Shown here: positions 54,268 through 63,391 of the stretch, one piece after another | Layout: each line of letters begins with the position of its first letter | Numbering within the stretch: position 1 is the first letter of the stretch | From: a phage | Sequence record: PZ386957.1 | Strand: one strand, 5' to 3' | Length of the DNA: 64,000 bases | The notes under the pieces: generated by a model | Told to the model about the DNA's origin: nothing | The model's database searches: none | What the model saw: the letters and a program-made list of their open reading frames with translations, nothing else | Position numbers and translations under genes: made by a program

Positions 54268-54732
54268 TTAACCGATTTTATCAAGTTCGTTTAATGCTTT
54301 CTCTGCTTCCTGTATAGCTTGCACCCTTTCCGGCATTTTGTCAAGAAAATCTTTCAACTCTTCAAAACTGGAGATATGACGCAAGGCGTTAGCACCGATA
54401 GCCGCATGTGATTTGCATTCAAAGCGAATTTTATAATTATCCATCGCCAACTTGAGAAGATCAATTAGTTTAGATTCTTCTGGAATAATAATTTCTTCAA
54501 ATCTGCTACGGTCATGATCCAGAAACCAACAAGATAGACCTACATCGGTTGAACTCATATAAGTTCCATCATGAAGATATACAGACCGCACGTATCCTTT
54601 TTTCGCATCAACCGACGCAACTTTAAACGGTAATCTCAGATATTTCAAATAATCAACATCATACCATTTAAAAAATTGGTTTGCATCTTTTACATCTTTC
54701 CACGCATAGGTCTTACCAGCTTCCCATTTCAT
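54268..54732 (-). CDS. member of repeat-containing paralogous family
   Basis: MKWEAGKTYAWKDVKDANQFF... plus conserved C-terminal helical module (FLDKMPERVQAI). Confidence 0.5.
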   Translation of the reverse strand: MKWEAGKTYAWKDVKDANQFFKWYDVDYLKYLRLPFKVASVDAKKGYVRSVYLHDGTYMSSTDVGLSCWFLDHDRSRFEEIIIPEESKLIDLLKLAMDNYKIRFECKSHAAIGANALRHISSFEELKDFLDKMPERVQAIQEAEKALNELDKIG

Positions 54733-54736
54733 AATA

Positions 54737-55267
54737 TCATCTCTCATTTTTGATACGTGATTCTAATTGGATCATACGGTCGCGCGTTTGCTTGTATTCA
54801 CGGATAGCACCGATCCGGCTAGGCATACCATCTAGGACGCTCTTAATCCCTTCTAGGGTAGTGATTTTAGCAATGCTATTATGTAACCCCATCTTATCGA
54901 TCAACTGAATGTCGTAGGCTTCCATAAGCAGTCCCAGACGTTCTAAGGTTAAATCTTGTTCTTTATCTTCTTCCGATTCTGGAATCTTAGGTTCAATAGT
55001 AACTTCGGTAAAGAAACGACGCTCACCACCCCAAAACCACACACCGGAACAGTCAATAGGGGATTCTTTTAAAGTCATGGAGTCGAAATCACTACCAATA
55101 ATAGTAATTTCTCTAACATCACCATCGTCGTCAATGTCTTCTACCTTAAACGGGCGACCAGCCAACAGGTCCATAATACATCTGTTAATACCAGACGAAA
55201 ATTTAGTCAGTTCGGCTTTCGACGCTTCGCATTCAATCTTGTAAGTTTTACCAACTTCCCATTCCAT
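54737..55267 (-). CDS. member of repeat-containing paralogous family
   Basis: MEWEVGKTYKIECEASKAELTKF...GERRFFTEV plus C-terminal helical module (VLDGMPSRIGAI). Confidence 0.5.
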   Translation of the reverse strand: MEWEVGKTYKIECEASKAELTKFSSGINRCIMDLLAGRPFKVEDIDDDGDVREITIIGSDFDSMTLKESPIDCSGVWFWGGERRFFTEVTIEPKIPESEEDKEQDLTLERLGLLMEAYDIQLIDKMGLHNSIAKITTLEGIKSVLDGMPSRIGAIREYKQTRDRMIQLESRIKNER

Positions 55268-55277
55268 AATAATCACC

Positions 55278-55787
55278 TCAAATAATTTTCACTGGAATAC
55301 TATTAACAATCTTGTATTGTACTTGATTGTCAGACCCCCGCCACGGCTTCTTCGTTGGCATATCTTTAATATAACGCCCATCGATGAACATGTCAACTGA
55401 TTCTACAATTTTTCTTTGCTCATCATTCAATTGGTCAAGGGTATAACCGGACCATAGCCAAATATCTTTATTTGGCATCCATGATTTTACTTCATCGATG
55501 ATCCGCTGTACACCCTTTAAATTGCGTTTATACAGTGGATCACCACCTAAGAATGTTAGCCCCTGAATAAAATCAGGTCTAAGCAGATCCAGAATCAATC
55601 CCATTGTATCATCGGTGAATGGTTCCCCGTTCTTAGGATTGAGTAGGCTAGCATTAAAGCAACCATCACATGCGTGTGAACATCCGGTAACGTAAAGGGA
55701 GACTCTCACTCCCTCACCGTTAACCATATCACAATCTTTAATATCGGCATAGCGTAGTTTGCCGTATGTATCAGAACTCATATTCAA
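55278..55787 (-). CDS. nrdG: anaerobic ribonucleotide reductase activating protein NrdG (radical SAM)
   Basis: 169 aa; CSHACDGC cluster motif (CxxxCxxC), GLTFLGGDPL; adjacent to the nrdD region. Confidence 0.88.
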   Translation of the reverse strand: MNMSSDTYGKLRYADIKDCDMVNGEGVRVSLYVTGCSHACDGCFNASLLNPKNGEPFTDDTMGLILDLLRPDFIQGLTFLGGDPLYKRNLKGVQRIIDEVKSWMPNKDIWLWSGYTLDQLNDEQRKIVESVDMFIDGRYIKDMPTKKPWRGSDNQVQYKIVNSIPVKII

Positions 55788-55923
55788 TTACCCCGAACTC
55801 GTTTACAATCTGCGCTTTATAGTAACCACCGCGAGATGCTAATAGATAAGCTGGGCTTAGGTATTCGTATTCACGGATTTCTACTTGTGCGTTTTCAGTT
55901 TCCCAAATCAGTAAAGTCCACAT
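55771..55923 (-). CDS. hypothetical protein (50 aa; start moved to internal Met)
   Basis: ATG at 55923 preceded by AGGAGAATCAAAT and an upstream promoter. Confidence 0.35.
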   Translation of the reverse strand: MWTLLIWETENAQVEIREYEYLSPAYLLASRGGYYKAQIVNEFGVIEYEF

Positions 55924-55965
55924 ATTTGATTCTCCTGTAAAGTTGTATCTCGTCTTGATGAATAT

Positions 55966-55994
55966 AGTATAGGGGATCTCGCGATCCCCGTCAA
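55966..55994 (-). promoter_or_regulatory. early sigma70-type promoter with palindromic spacer
   Basis: TTGACG-GGGATCGCGAGATCCCC-TATACT on minus strand. Confidence 0.6.
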
Positions 55995-55998
55995 GCAT

Positions 55999-56547
55999 TT
56001 ATTTTAAATTTTTTCGAATGTATTCAGACCATTCCTTCCCTGTCAGTTCGGTCCCATTCTGGAAACTGAAATATTCATACGGCATCGAGTCAAGATAAAA
56101 CAGGATCATACATCGCGCCATATAATACCAATCACGATTAAAGTAAACTACGTTATCACCAGTACCATCAACCCCTTTATCATAACCATCGCTGGTACGG
56201 GCGACCCATTGAATAGTATCATTTTTCTCACGGATAGTCACAGGTTCCCAATATCCAGCACATCCAGCATGACCACACGAACAAGTAAGGAAATATTGCC
56301 CTTTTGCTTTGTTGTCATCCCATTCACGATGGATTGGTTCGATCTCGTGAAACAGTGCCAAACAATCATGATTATGCAACACTGGCTTACCATCAATCAA
56401 TGCATGGAATGTATACAAACGACCCGTAGACAAATAGCTATCCTCACGCTCAACCAGTTCAATAGCAATCTTTTTAGCTCGTTCTTTGTGTCGTTGTGCT
56501 TTACGCTTACGGTTTAATGATTTCATATTCACCTCACACATTATCAA
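55999..56547 (-). CDS. hypothetical Cys-rich protein (182 aa)
   Basis: ORF track; HNHDCLALFH and CSCGHAGCAGYW could bind metal; function unknown. Confidence 0.45.
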   Translation of the reverse strand: MIMCEVNMKSLNRKRKAQRHKERAKKIAIELVEREDSYLSTGRLYTFHALIDGKPVLHNHDCLALFHEIEPIHREWDDNKAKGQYFLTCSCGHAGCAGYWEPVTIREKNDTIQWVARTSDGYDKGVDGTGDNVVYFNRDWYYMARCMILFYLDSMPYEYFSFQNGTELTGKEWSEYIRKNLK

Positions 56548-57083
56548 AGGTCGCGATATAGTACATTATGAAAATGAGAACTTGCATTACCAATATTGTA
56601 GATAACAAATTCTTCATCCGGCGCTTGCGCTACAAATTGAGTATGAGCAACCGCTACGACTTTAAAAATACGATCCGTGATCTTGTGCTTAATTTCTGCC
56701 CCTACTTCCATAGGAACATATTCATTTGTTTCTGTTTCAGTCGCAAAACAGCCATCTTCTTCATAAGCACGAACAAATCGGTCGCAATCAGTACGCTTAA
56801 CAAATTCAAGAGTATATAATTCTCGTGAATTGTCGGTATAGACCAATACAGAATTATTATGATAGCGAATCACATACAGGTTATTATCATCGTCAATTAC
56901 GCAAAAGCTACGGATTCCTTCGCCTTGACTCCAGCAGATATTAACCACCGTTCCTCTAATAAAAAAACTTTCCTTTAAATTAAAACTAGTCAATGTGCTA
57001 GCGTGCATTTTAACAACAACACCATCACCAATTTCCAGTTTACGAAGTTTAACTTCTTTGCTCAGTACACAAAACATCATCAT
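56544..57083 (-). CDS. hypothetical protein (179 aa; start moved to MMMF Met)
   Basis: ATG at 57083 preceded by AGAGAGGACAAT and promoter TTGACA-16-TATAAT. Confidence 0.45.
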   Translation of the reverse strand: MMMFCVLSKEVKLRKLEIGDGVVVKMHASTLTSFNLKESFFIRGTVVNICWSQGEGIRSFCVIDDDNNLYVIRYHNNSVLVYTDNSRELYTLEFVKRTDCDRFVRAYEEDGCFATETETNEYVPMEVGAEIKHKITDRIFKVVAVAHTQFVAQAPDEEFVIYNIGNASSHFHNVLYRDL

Positions 57084-57111
57084 ATTGTCCTCTCTTTGTT
57101 TCGATGTGAGC

Positions 57112-57139
57112 ATTATACATGAGCTAATCATGTTGTCAA
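57112..57139 (-). promoter_or_regulatory. early sigma70-type promoter (TTGACA-16-TATAAT)
   Basis: Minus strand consensus -35 and -10. Confidence 0.6.
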
Positions 57140-57150
57140 CACCCCAAAAC

Positions 57151-57177
57151 GAAAAAGCCGACCCTTTCGGATCGGCT
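57151..57177 (-). terminator. rho-independent terminator downstream of nrdD
   Basis: Minus strand AGCCGATCC-GAAA-GGGTCGGCT followed by TTTTC. Confidence 0.7.
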
Positions 57178-57182
57178 AAAAA

Positions 57183-59045
57183 TTACATGTGCTTAACGCG
57201 GTTTACCATCTCGGAGTGTTTCCCGTGGTTAAATGGACGCAGATCAACAGATCCAAGATATCCACTAACGCGGCGGATAACATTCATCTTTTCCAGATTG
57301 TCATTGCCGCAATCAGGGCAAACAAAACCAGACTCGGTCGCTCTCATTTCCTTATTAGATCCGCATACATGACATACATCAGAAGGAGTATTAACACCGA
57401 AGTAGTGCAATTTATCCATTGCATAGTCTACTACAGTTTCAAGACCTTTCAGGTTGTTTTTCATGTCTGGGAACTCAACATAAGAGATCATGCCACCGGA
57501 CGCCAGACAGTGATAATCTTTCTCAAAGTCGATTTTCTCAAACGGTGTAACCTTCCGGTCTACGTCAAGGTGGAATGAGTTGGTGTACCAGTCTTTATCG
57601 GTAGCACCCTTAACAATACCAAATTGCTCTCGGTCCAGTCGATTAAATCGATAGCAAAGGCTCTCGGCTGGCGTACCGTAAAGACTAAAACCAAGTCCGG
57701 TTTCGTCCTTCCATTTTTCAGTATAATGACGCAAGATCTTAAGAATATGTTTACCGTATCGCTGCGCATCTTCCGAATCAAACGGATGAACACCAAACAG
57801 GACGCTCAATACCTCATGTAAACCAATATACCCAAGAGAGATACTAGCGCGACCATCTTTCAGCACTTCCAAAATTTCATCGTTTTGATGAATACGGAAA
57901 AATGCACCTTCGGTATACAGTACAGGGGCAACATTGGCTTTAGCACCTTTTAAAGCGTCTACGCGACTCATGAGAGCATCAAAACAAATAGGCATACGAT
58001 TAGCTAGCTCTTGTTCGAATAGCTCAATTCTGCGCATTACAGACGCTTTACCAGCACGACGCGCGGCAATAAGGGCAATACGCGGAAGATTCAGAGTCAC
58101 AACACCCAAGTTATTACGTCCGTCTAATACTTCTTCGCCTTTCTCATTATGCCACACACCCAGGAAGCTACGACAACCCATCGGGCTAACCGGAACACTA
58201 GATCCGGTGATACTACGGTTATTCTTCGCAGAGATATAATCAGGGTAAAGACGCTTACTAGAACATTCCAATGCAAGTTGCTTAATGTCGTAGTTCGGAT
58301 CTTCCGGTTTAAGGTTTAATCCTTCTTCTAAGAACATCACCAGCTTAGGAAACACCGGAGTTATACCATCTTTACCTAAACCTTTAGTTCGAACTTTCAG
58401 GATCGCTTTCTGAATCAGTTTTTCTTCCCAGCTAGTACCCATACCAAAGGTTAAAGTCACAAAAGGCGTTTGACCGTTGGTGGAGAACAAAGTGTTGATT
58501 TCATATTCCAACGCTTGATACCCGTCTAAAGTTTCTTTTTCTGTCTTCTCTTGTGCATAGAGAGTATCAGCTTTGATTCCGTAGGTTTCGGCATCAGCAA
58601 GGTGTTTATGATATGTTTTCTCAACATACGGTGCTAACACCTGATCGATGTTTGCAATTGTGGTCCCGCCATATTGATGACTTGCCACCTGTGCGATAAT
58701 TTGAGCGGTTACAGCACAAGCAACGCCGATTGATCTCGGACTTTCGATTTGTGCACTACCCAATTTAAAACCATTCTCTAACATGTCCTTGAGATTAACA
58801 AGACAGCAGTTAGTAAACGGCATAGCGGGTGCATAATCCATATCATGATAATGAATATCACCGTCTACATGCGCTTTATAGATGTGCTCAGGTAACACGG
58901 TTTTAGCAATCTGTTTAGACACAGCGCCAGCAATCAGATCTCGACGTGTCGGGAATGTTCGCGCGTCTTTGTTCGCGTTCTCTTTGCTTACTTCGTTTTC
59001 TTTACCCGTTGCAATCTCTGTAATGTCTTTGATTAGTTTTTCCAT
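57183..59045 (-). CDS. nrdD: anaerobic ribonucleoside-triphosphate reductase NrdD (glycyl radical enzyme), uninterrupted
   Basis: 620 aa; C-terminal zinc ribbon CHVCGSN...CPDCG and glycyl radical motif RRVSGYLG; T4 NrdD size without intron. Confidence 0.92.
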   Translation of the reverse strand: MEKLIKDITEIATGKENEVSKENANKDARTFPTRRDLIAGAVSKQIAKTVLPEHIYKAHVDGDIHYHDMDYAPAMPFTNCCLVNLKDMLENGFKLGSAQIESPRSIGVACAVTAQIIAQVASHQYGGTTIANIDQVLAPYVEKTYHKHLADAETYGIKADTLYAQEKTEKETLDGYQALEYEINTLFSTNGQTPFVTLTFGMGTSWEEKLIQKAILKVRTKGLGKDGITPVFPKLVMFLEEGLNLKPEDPNYDIKQLALECSSKRLYPDYISAKNNRSITGSSVPVSPMGCRSFLGVWHNEKGEEVLDGRNNLGVVTLNLPRIALIAARRAGKASVMRRIELFEQELANRMPICFDALMSRVDALKGAKANVAPVLYTEGAFFRIHQNDEILEVLKDGRASISLGYIGLHEVLSVLFGVHPFDSEDAQRYGKHILKILRHYTEKWKDETGLGFSLYGTPAESLCYRFNRLDREQFGIVKGATDKDWYTNSFHLDVDRKVTPFEKIDFEKDYHCLASGGMISYVEFPDMKNNLKGLETVVDYAMDKLHYFGVNTPSDVCHVCGSNKEMRATESGFVCPDCGNDNLEKMNVIRRVSGYLGSVDLRPFNHGKHSEMVNRVKHM

Positions 59046-59089
59046 TGTATCACCTATGAAAAAGCGGGATTTCTCCCGCTCGTTGATAG

Positions 59090-59584
59090 TTATTTTACCA
59101 GTTCTGCTAATTCTTTTTCCGCCGCTTCCAGTTCAGCTTTCAGTTGTTTGATCTCTTGTCGCTTCTTATTAGCGGCTTCCTGCTTACTATTTCGGATAAC
59201 CTGATCTAGATACAACTCCCAATCCTGAATATTTTTGATAATGTAGCCGTCAACATTAATTGGTCGGAGATTCAGTACAGCTTCCAGTTTAGTTGCAAAA
59301 ACTTTAATTGCTGGGGTGAAGTATTCATATTCGTTATCTTCAAACCAATAACCTAGACTTGCATTCTCAATACGAAGATGAAGTTTAAGATCAAGGTCTT
59401 TATCATCGGTATATAGGTCTTTTACACACCCCATAGAATTAACAACAACTTTAAAACGAATTTTATCTACACCACCAAAAACATCTTCAAGAATATCAGC
59501 AATTGAGCTATTAGCGCAAGATTGGTCGCTGAATGCGTCAAGGTTTTCTTTAGTTACAGTATACCAAACATCTTGTACCCACAT
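59090..59584 (-). CDS. hypothetical protein with C-terminal coiled coil (164 aa)
   Basis: ORF track; AGAGGATTATATT-ATG leader. Confidence 0.45.
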   Translation of the reverse strand: MWVQDVWYTVTKENLDAFSDQSCANSSIADILEDVFGGVDKIRFKVVVNSMGCVKDLYTDDKDLDLKLHLRIENASLGYWFEDNEYEYFTPAIKVFATKLEAVLNLRPINVDGYIIKNIQDWELYLDQVIRNSKQEAANKKRQEIKQLKAELEAAEKELAELVK

Positions 59585-59614
59585 AATATAATCCTCTCGT
59601 TGTTAAGTGGGAGT

Positions 59615-59642
59615 ATTATAGCATACTCCCTTCGCATGTCAA
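59615..59642 (-). promoter_or_regulatory. early sigma70-type promoter with inverted repeat around -10 (PeSL-like)
   Basis: TTGACA-16-TATAAT with GGGAGTA/TACTCCC flanking the -10. Confidence 0.65.
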
Positions 59643-60817
59643 GCACTAACTTTTTTCTTTACTGCTTTCACCTTCTGGCGAATTGCTCGAATCTCTTCGA
59701 TCTCTTTTTCAGTCTCTTTAACAATTTCTTTGCGATTCTGAATATCTGTATCGAGATTATCATCAAGTTTAGGCAGCATGTCAATCAAGAACTTTTTAAA
59801 GTCTTTCAGGTTTCGAATAACAGCACCTTCGCCCATTACCGCAACACCCACACCATCCGGCAGATCACCAAACAGCTTAACCAGTTCAGACAGATGATCA
59901 TGATCTTCTAGTGCTTCTTCCGGTTCAGATGGCAGTTCAACAAAGTTATAACGTTCATCATTGCTGATCAAGTGATACCAGCAAAGCCCGAAAGATTTCG
60001 GTGTATATTCTACACCATCAATTTCAACCGCGTCAACACTTCCATAATCATCTACTTTAGTTACCTTAAATCCTTGTCCCAGCTTTTGAACAATTTCAAC
60101 AACATGACTTGATACAGTTTCAGCGGTAAACCAATATGGCAAATTATGCTGATTTGGCTTGTAGCGTTCACCTACTTTAAATCTCTGACCATCCGCTTGC
60201 ATAGAATGAAATTGTTGTTTCGTGATTTCCGCGAAGTATTCAAATTCGCCACCATCAAACACACAAGCCCATTGATCACAAAAACGATCTGCCTTAACAG
60301 TTTCACCTTTCGCGGTGATCATGGTAGCTGATCCGTGCAATTCTTCTTCAACTAAAAAGCCATATTCGACAAAATCAACAAGTTTCATAGCTTCTTTGTG
60401 ATCTGGATCATGCTCTCCCCAGAATCGCTTAAATTCTTGCAAACCTTCTGGGGTAAACGAATAACATTTACCTTTTTCAAAGTAAGTCGGCATTGCATCC
60501 TCTTTCTTGTTCATCGCTTCGTATGCCTCTTTTGAGATGCGTTTAAAGTATTTACGCTCATTGTGCATAATCATAGTAGCCCAATAATCAACAATATCAT
60601 TAGCGGAATAAACTACATCTCCAGCTTCAATAGTAATAACATGACCGTGGTCATCTTTTTCTAATACTTTAAAGCCCTTTTCTACGATTTCAGCAACCCG
60701 AATATGACCACGGCGCGAAGCATCGGTCAGAATAATTGAATAGCGAGAAAAGTCTAGAAACTCATCTTTACCGCCTTCACGGAATGCATAGTAATGACCT
60801 TCAAAGAATTTAGCCAT
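59639..60817 (-). CDS. member of repeat-containing paralogous family (three or more repeat units plus C-terminal helical module)
   Basis: 392 aa; repeated units around NERKYFKRISKEAYEAM, GKCYSFTPEGLQEFKRFW, GFKVLEKDD, GFKVTKVDDYGSVDAVEIDGVEY; C-terminal LKDFKKFLIDMLPKL module. Confidence 0.55.
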   Translation of the reverse strand: MAKFFEGHYYAFREGGKDEFLDFSRYSIILTDASRRGHIRVAEIVEKGFKVLEKDDHGHVITIEAGDVVYSANDIVDYWATMIMHNERKYFKRISKEAYEAMNKKEDAMPTYFEKGKCYSFTPEGLQEFKRFWGEHDPDHKEAMKLVDFVEYGFLVEEELHGSATMITAKGETVKADRFCDQWACVFDGGEFEYFAEITKQQFHSMQADGQRFKVGERYKPNQHNLPYWFTAETVSSHVVEIVQKLGQGFKVTKVDDYGSVDAVEIDGVEYTPKSFGLCWYHLISNDERYNFVELPSEPEEALEDHDHLSELVKLFGDLPDGVGVAVMGEGAVIRNLKDFKKFLIDMLPKLDDNLDTDIQNRKEIVKETEKEIEEIRAIRQKVKAVKKKVSA

Positions 60818-60848
60818 AATATAATCCTCTCGTTGTTTAGATGGGAGT

Positions 60849-60877
60849 ATCTTACTACTCCCGTTTCATCATGTCAA
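60849..60877 (-). promoter_or_regulatory. early sigma70-type promoter with inverted repeat around -10 (PeSL-like)
   Basis: TTGACA-17-TAAGAT with GGGAGTA/TACTCCC flanking the -10. Confidence 0.65.
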
Positions 60878-61440
60878 GCGTTAAATGACTTTTGGATCTC
60901 TTTCAGTTCAGCTACTTTATCGGCGCTATATTTTGCTTGATGTTCCATGCGCTTAAGCTCACCTTTGATATAGGTTTCTAGCTTAGGTTTATTCTCAATC
61001 AGAAAATCTTTCAAGTCATCGGCATTTTTAAAGTATAGCTGATTATCAAAGCTAAAATCTTCCAGCGTCAAGGATACCAAAGAAGATTTCGCAAACAAGT
61101 TAATCAGATCTTCCAGAGATTCTTCTTTCTTAACTGGTTTCATTTCTTCAAACTGCTTTTTAGTGATGCGTTTAAAGTATTTGCGCTCGTTTGCAGCAAT
61201 CAGAACAGATGCACCTTCATACCCATGAGTTTCTACCAGATACACACGCCCCATCGCATCAACAGTGAGAACTTTAAAGCCGTTACAAAGCACGTCATAC
61301 AAGAACTTATTATGTTGCGGACATCGTTTGATAAATTCTGCGGCTGTTTCTGCACTACGGAAAGTGTAATAACGACCTCGTTCAAAAGCAGCATCATTTG
61401 AAGACTTAGCCGGATACAATTTATACGTTTTCTGTACCAT
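60874..61440 (-). CDS. member of repeat-containing paralogous family
   Basis: GRYYTFRSAETAAEF...GFKVLTVDAMGRVYLVE...NERKYFKRITKKQFEEM plus C-terminal LKDFLIENKPKL module; start moved to Met with AGAGGATTATATT leader. Confidence 0.5.
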   Translation of the reverse strand: MVQKTYKLYPAKSSNDAAFERGRYYTFRSAETAAEFIKRCPQHNKFLYDVLCNGFKVLTVDAMGRVYLVETHGYEGASVLIAANERKYFKRITKKQFEEMKPVKKEESLEDLINLFAKSSLVSLTLEDFSFDNQLYFKNADDLKDFLIENKPKLETYIKGELKRMEHQAKYSADKVAELKEIQKSFNA

Positions 61441-61454
61441 AATATAATCCTCTA

Positions 61455-61727
61455 TCATTTCACTAATTGAACAGCACGAAACAGAATGCGGTCACACGGA
61501 AGAAGCATAAATTCCCAACGCGGATCAAAGTCTTTAGCGGTATATGTTTTCCCATCAACCGAGATTTCACTTACATAACCAATAGGTGACACTTTAAGAA
61601 CAGTAAACCCATTCTTGATGACTTCGTAGGTATCTTTCAAACCTTCGTAGTCATCCTCTAGGAAGTCTTTACGTGCTTGCTCAGATTTAAAAACATAGGC
61701 CACACCGGATTTAAACATCTTACGCAT
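61455..61727 (-). CDS. member of repeat-containing paralogous family (single repeat unit, 90 aa)
   Basis: MRKMFKSGVAYVFKSEQARKDFL...GFTVLKVSPIGYVSEISVDGKTY; start moved to Met with AAGGAGAATCAACA leader. Confidence 0.5.
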   Translation of the reverse strand: MRKMFKSGVAYVFKSEQARKDFLEDDYEGLKDTYEVIKNGFTVLKVSPIGYVSEISVDGKTYTAKDFDPRWEFMLLPCDRILFRAVQLVK

Positions 61728-61757
61728 TGTTGATTCTCCTTCTTGATTAGATGGGAG

Positions 61758-61786
61758 TATTTTACTACTCCCATTTCTTATTGTCA
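61758..61786 (-). promoter_or_regulatory. early sigma70-type promoter with inverted repeat around -10 (PeSL-like)
   Basis: TTGACA-17-TAAAAT with GGGAGTA/TACTCCC flanking the -10. Confidence 0.65.
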
Positions 61787-61790
61787 ACTA

Positions 61791-62279
61791 CTATCTTAAT
61801 CTTTGTATAAATTGTTTCTTATACTTCTTCGTGATCTCTTCTCTTGTATCAGCGTCACAGTAATCGAAACCTTCTGCGTCCATAATAGCAACCATCTCCG
61901 CGCGTGTCAAGCGTGAAAATCGTTTTACTTTATCAACAGCATATTGAGGATGTAAATGATTGTTGGTGTAGTCTCCTTTGATGTAATTAACATAGTTTGT
62001 AGCCCAAACAACGAAATCAGCACCTAAAGCACCAACACCAAACCGTTTAAAGTCTCCGGTCAACGATCCTTCTAGGCGGTTGCAACACGAATGAAGCAAT
62101 CCCCTTACGCGGCCTTGCCCTTTACCATCTAGATCGTGGTCGTGGTCAAGATGGTTTTTGCTCATATCCTCAAAAAGTGGCAATTGACAAAGGGGGCAAA
62201 TGCCCCCCTGTTTTTCGAATAGTTCTTGTTTGTACTCTTTAGCACTCTTAGCAGTCAGTAACATAAATTCACCCTCCAA
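61791..62279 (-). CDS. 49: endonuclease VII (Holliday junction resolvase) gp49
   Basis: 162 aa; CPLCQ...NHLDHDHDLDG...GRVRGLLHSCCN zinc-binding/HNH-like core and C-terminal helix match remembered T4 endo VII. Confidence 0.9.
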   Translation of the reverse strand: MEGEFMLLTAKSAKEYKQELFEKQGGICPLCQLPLFEDMSKNHLDHDHDLDGKGQGRVRGLLHSCCNRLEGSLTGDFKRFGVGALGADFVVWATNYVNYIKGDYTNNHLHPQYAVDKVKRFSRLTRAEMVAIMDAEGFDYCDADTREEITKKYKKQFIQRLR

Positions 62280-62288
62280 AGAAGGTAT

Positions 62289-62582
62289 TTAACCATGAAT
62301 CTTGTTTTTGACTACAAAGGATCGGAACTCATCAAAGCCACCAATATAATCACCATCATAGAAAATCTGCGGCATGGTGGCAATAACTTCTACCCCTGCG
62401 CGATCCTGAATATCGGCAATGATAGAATCAATCTTTACAGGGCGACCGTTTTCGTCCACACCATCATTAACCGGAATGTAGATGTAAGGGATCTTACGCG
62501 CTTCACAAAGGCGCTTTGCATTCTGGCAATACTTACAGTTGTAACCTTCAAAACCAAAAATTTCTACCATGTTATACCTCAA
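62289..62582 (-). CDS. nrdC: thioredoxin/glutaredoxin NrdC
   Basis: 97 aa; CKYCQNAKRL active site and MPQIFYDGDYIGGFDEF match remembered T4 NrdC. Confidence 0.88.
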   Translation of the reverse strand: MRYNMVEIFGFEGYNCKYCQNAKRLCEARKIPYIYIPVNDGVDENGRPVKIDSIIADIQDRAGVEVIATMPQIFYDGDYIGGFDEFRSFVVKNKIHG

Positions 62583-63391
62583 TCTACGTTAGTTACATAA
62601 ACTTCTTGCGTATCAGAAGACTTGCCACCTGAACGATCTAGGCAATAGGTCTTATTCAACAGGACGCAGTTTAAATCATTCCGCTTGATAAAATCAAGCA
62701 AATGGTTGTTAACTTTCCCTTTGTGGTGAGTAACATTGCTTAATCCAAACTTAGTACCGCTAGACATTAATGATTCTATCCACATGTAGAATTTAATCTC
62801 TTCTTCTTCACTCCAGAACTTATTATATTCTGCCGACGTGATCCAATATGGCGGGTCCAAATAAACGAAATCACCGGGCAAGATCTCGATCTCGTCATAA
62901 CGACCAGACGTAAAATTGATTCGACCGTCTTTGTTTTCTTCTTTAAAATTCAGGACACGCTCTACCGCGTTTTCGTTAAAAGTCCGGCGACCAAAATTAG
63001 CATTAAATTCGCCCTTTCGGTTATGGCGGTTAATGTTGCTAAAACTATGCTGAATCAGAACAAACAGAGATAGCGGATCTGGATTCTCGTTATACTTCTT
63101 GCGGAATGCCATATAAGAATCTTTATCATCACGAGACAAACCATTCTCGGCAATAATCCGCTTGATCGTAGAAACCGGATCAGGGCACTCGTCAATCGCT
63201 TTGTAAGCATCAATTAAGCGGTGATCATAGTCATTAGCCAGAACATCCCCTTCGACGTACAGAGACACGCTCAAACCGCCACAAAAGGCATCGACAAAGC
63301 GGTTATAGTGCTTAGGGAAATACTTACTAACACCTGGCAATAACTTTTCCTTATTGCCAGTATAGGGAATTAAACCTAATGCTTTCTTCAT
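62579..63391 (-). CDS. dam: DNA adenine methyltransferase Dam
   Basis: 270 aa; AYTGNK-like N-terminus (PYTGNKEKLLP), RFVDAFCGGLSVSL (motif I), DFVYLDPPY (motif IV), YNKFWSEEEE match remembered T4 Dam. Confidence 0.9.
   Translation of the reverse strand: MKKALGLIPYTGNKEKLLPGVSKYFPKHYNRFVDAFCGGLSVSLYVEGDVLANDYDHRLIDAYKAIDECPDPVSTIKRIIAENGLSRDDKDSYMAFRKKYNENPDPLSLFVLIQHSFSNINRHNRKGEFNANFGRRTFNENAVERVLNFKEENKDGRINFTSGRYDEIEILPGDFVYLDPPYWITSAEYNKFWSEEEEIKFYMWIESLMSSGTKFGLSNVTHHKGKVNNHLLDFIKRNDLNCVLLNKTYCLDRSGGKSSDTQEVYVTNVD

Noticed and set aside
15990-61786. Recurring GGGAGTA...TACTCCC inverted repeats considered as a CRISPR array or REP-like elements
   Set aside because: Copies are irregularly spaced over 45 kb, each embedded in a -35/-10 promoter context upstream of a gene; no direct-repeat and spacer periodicity.
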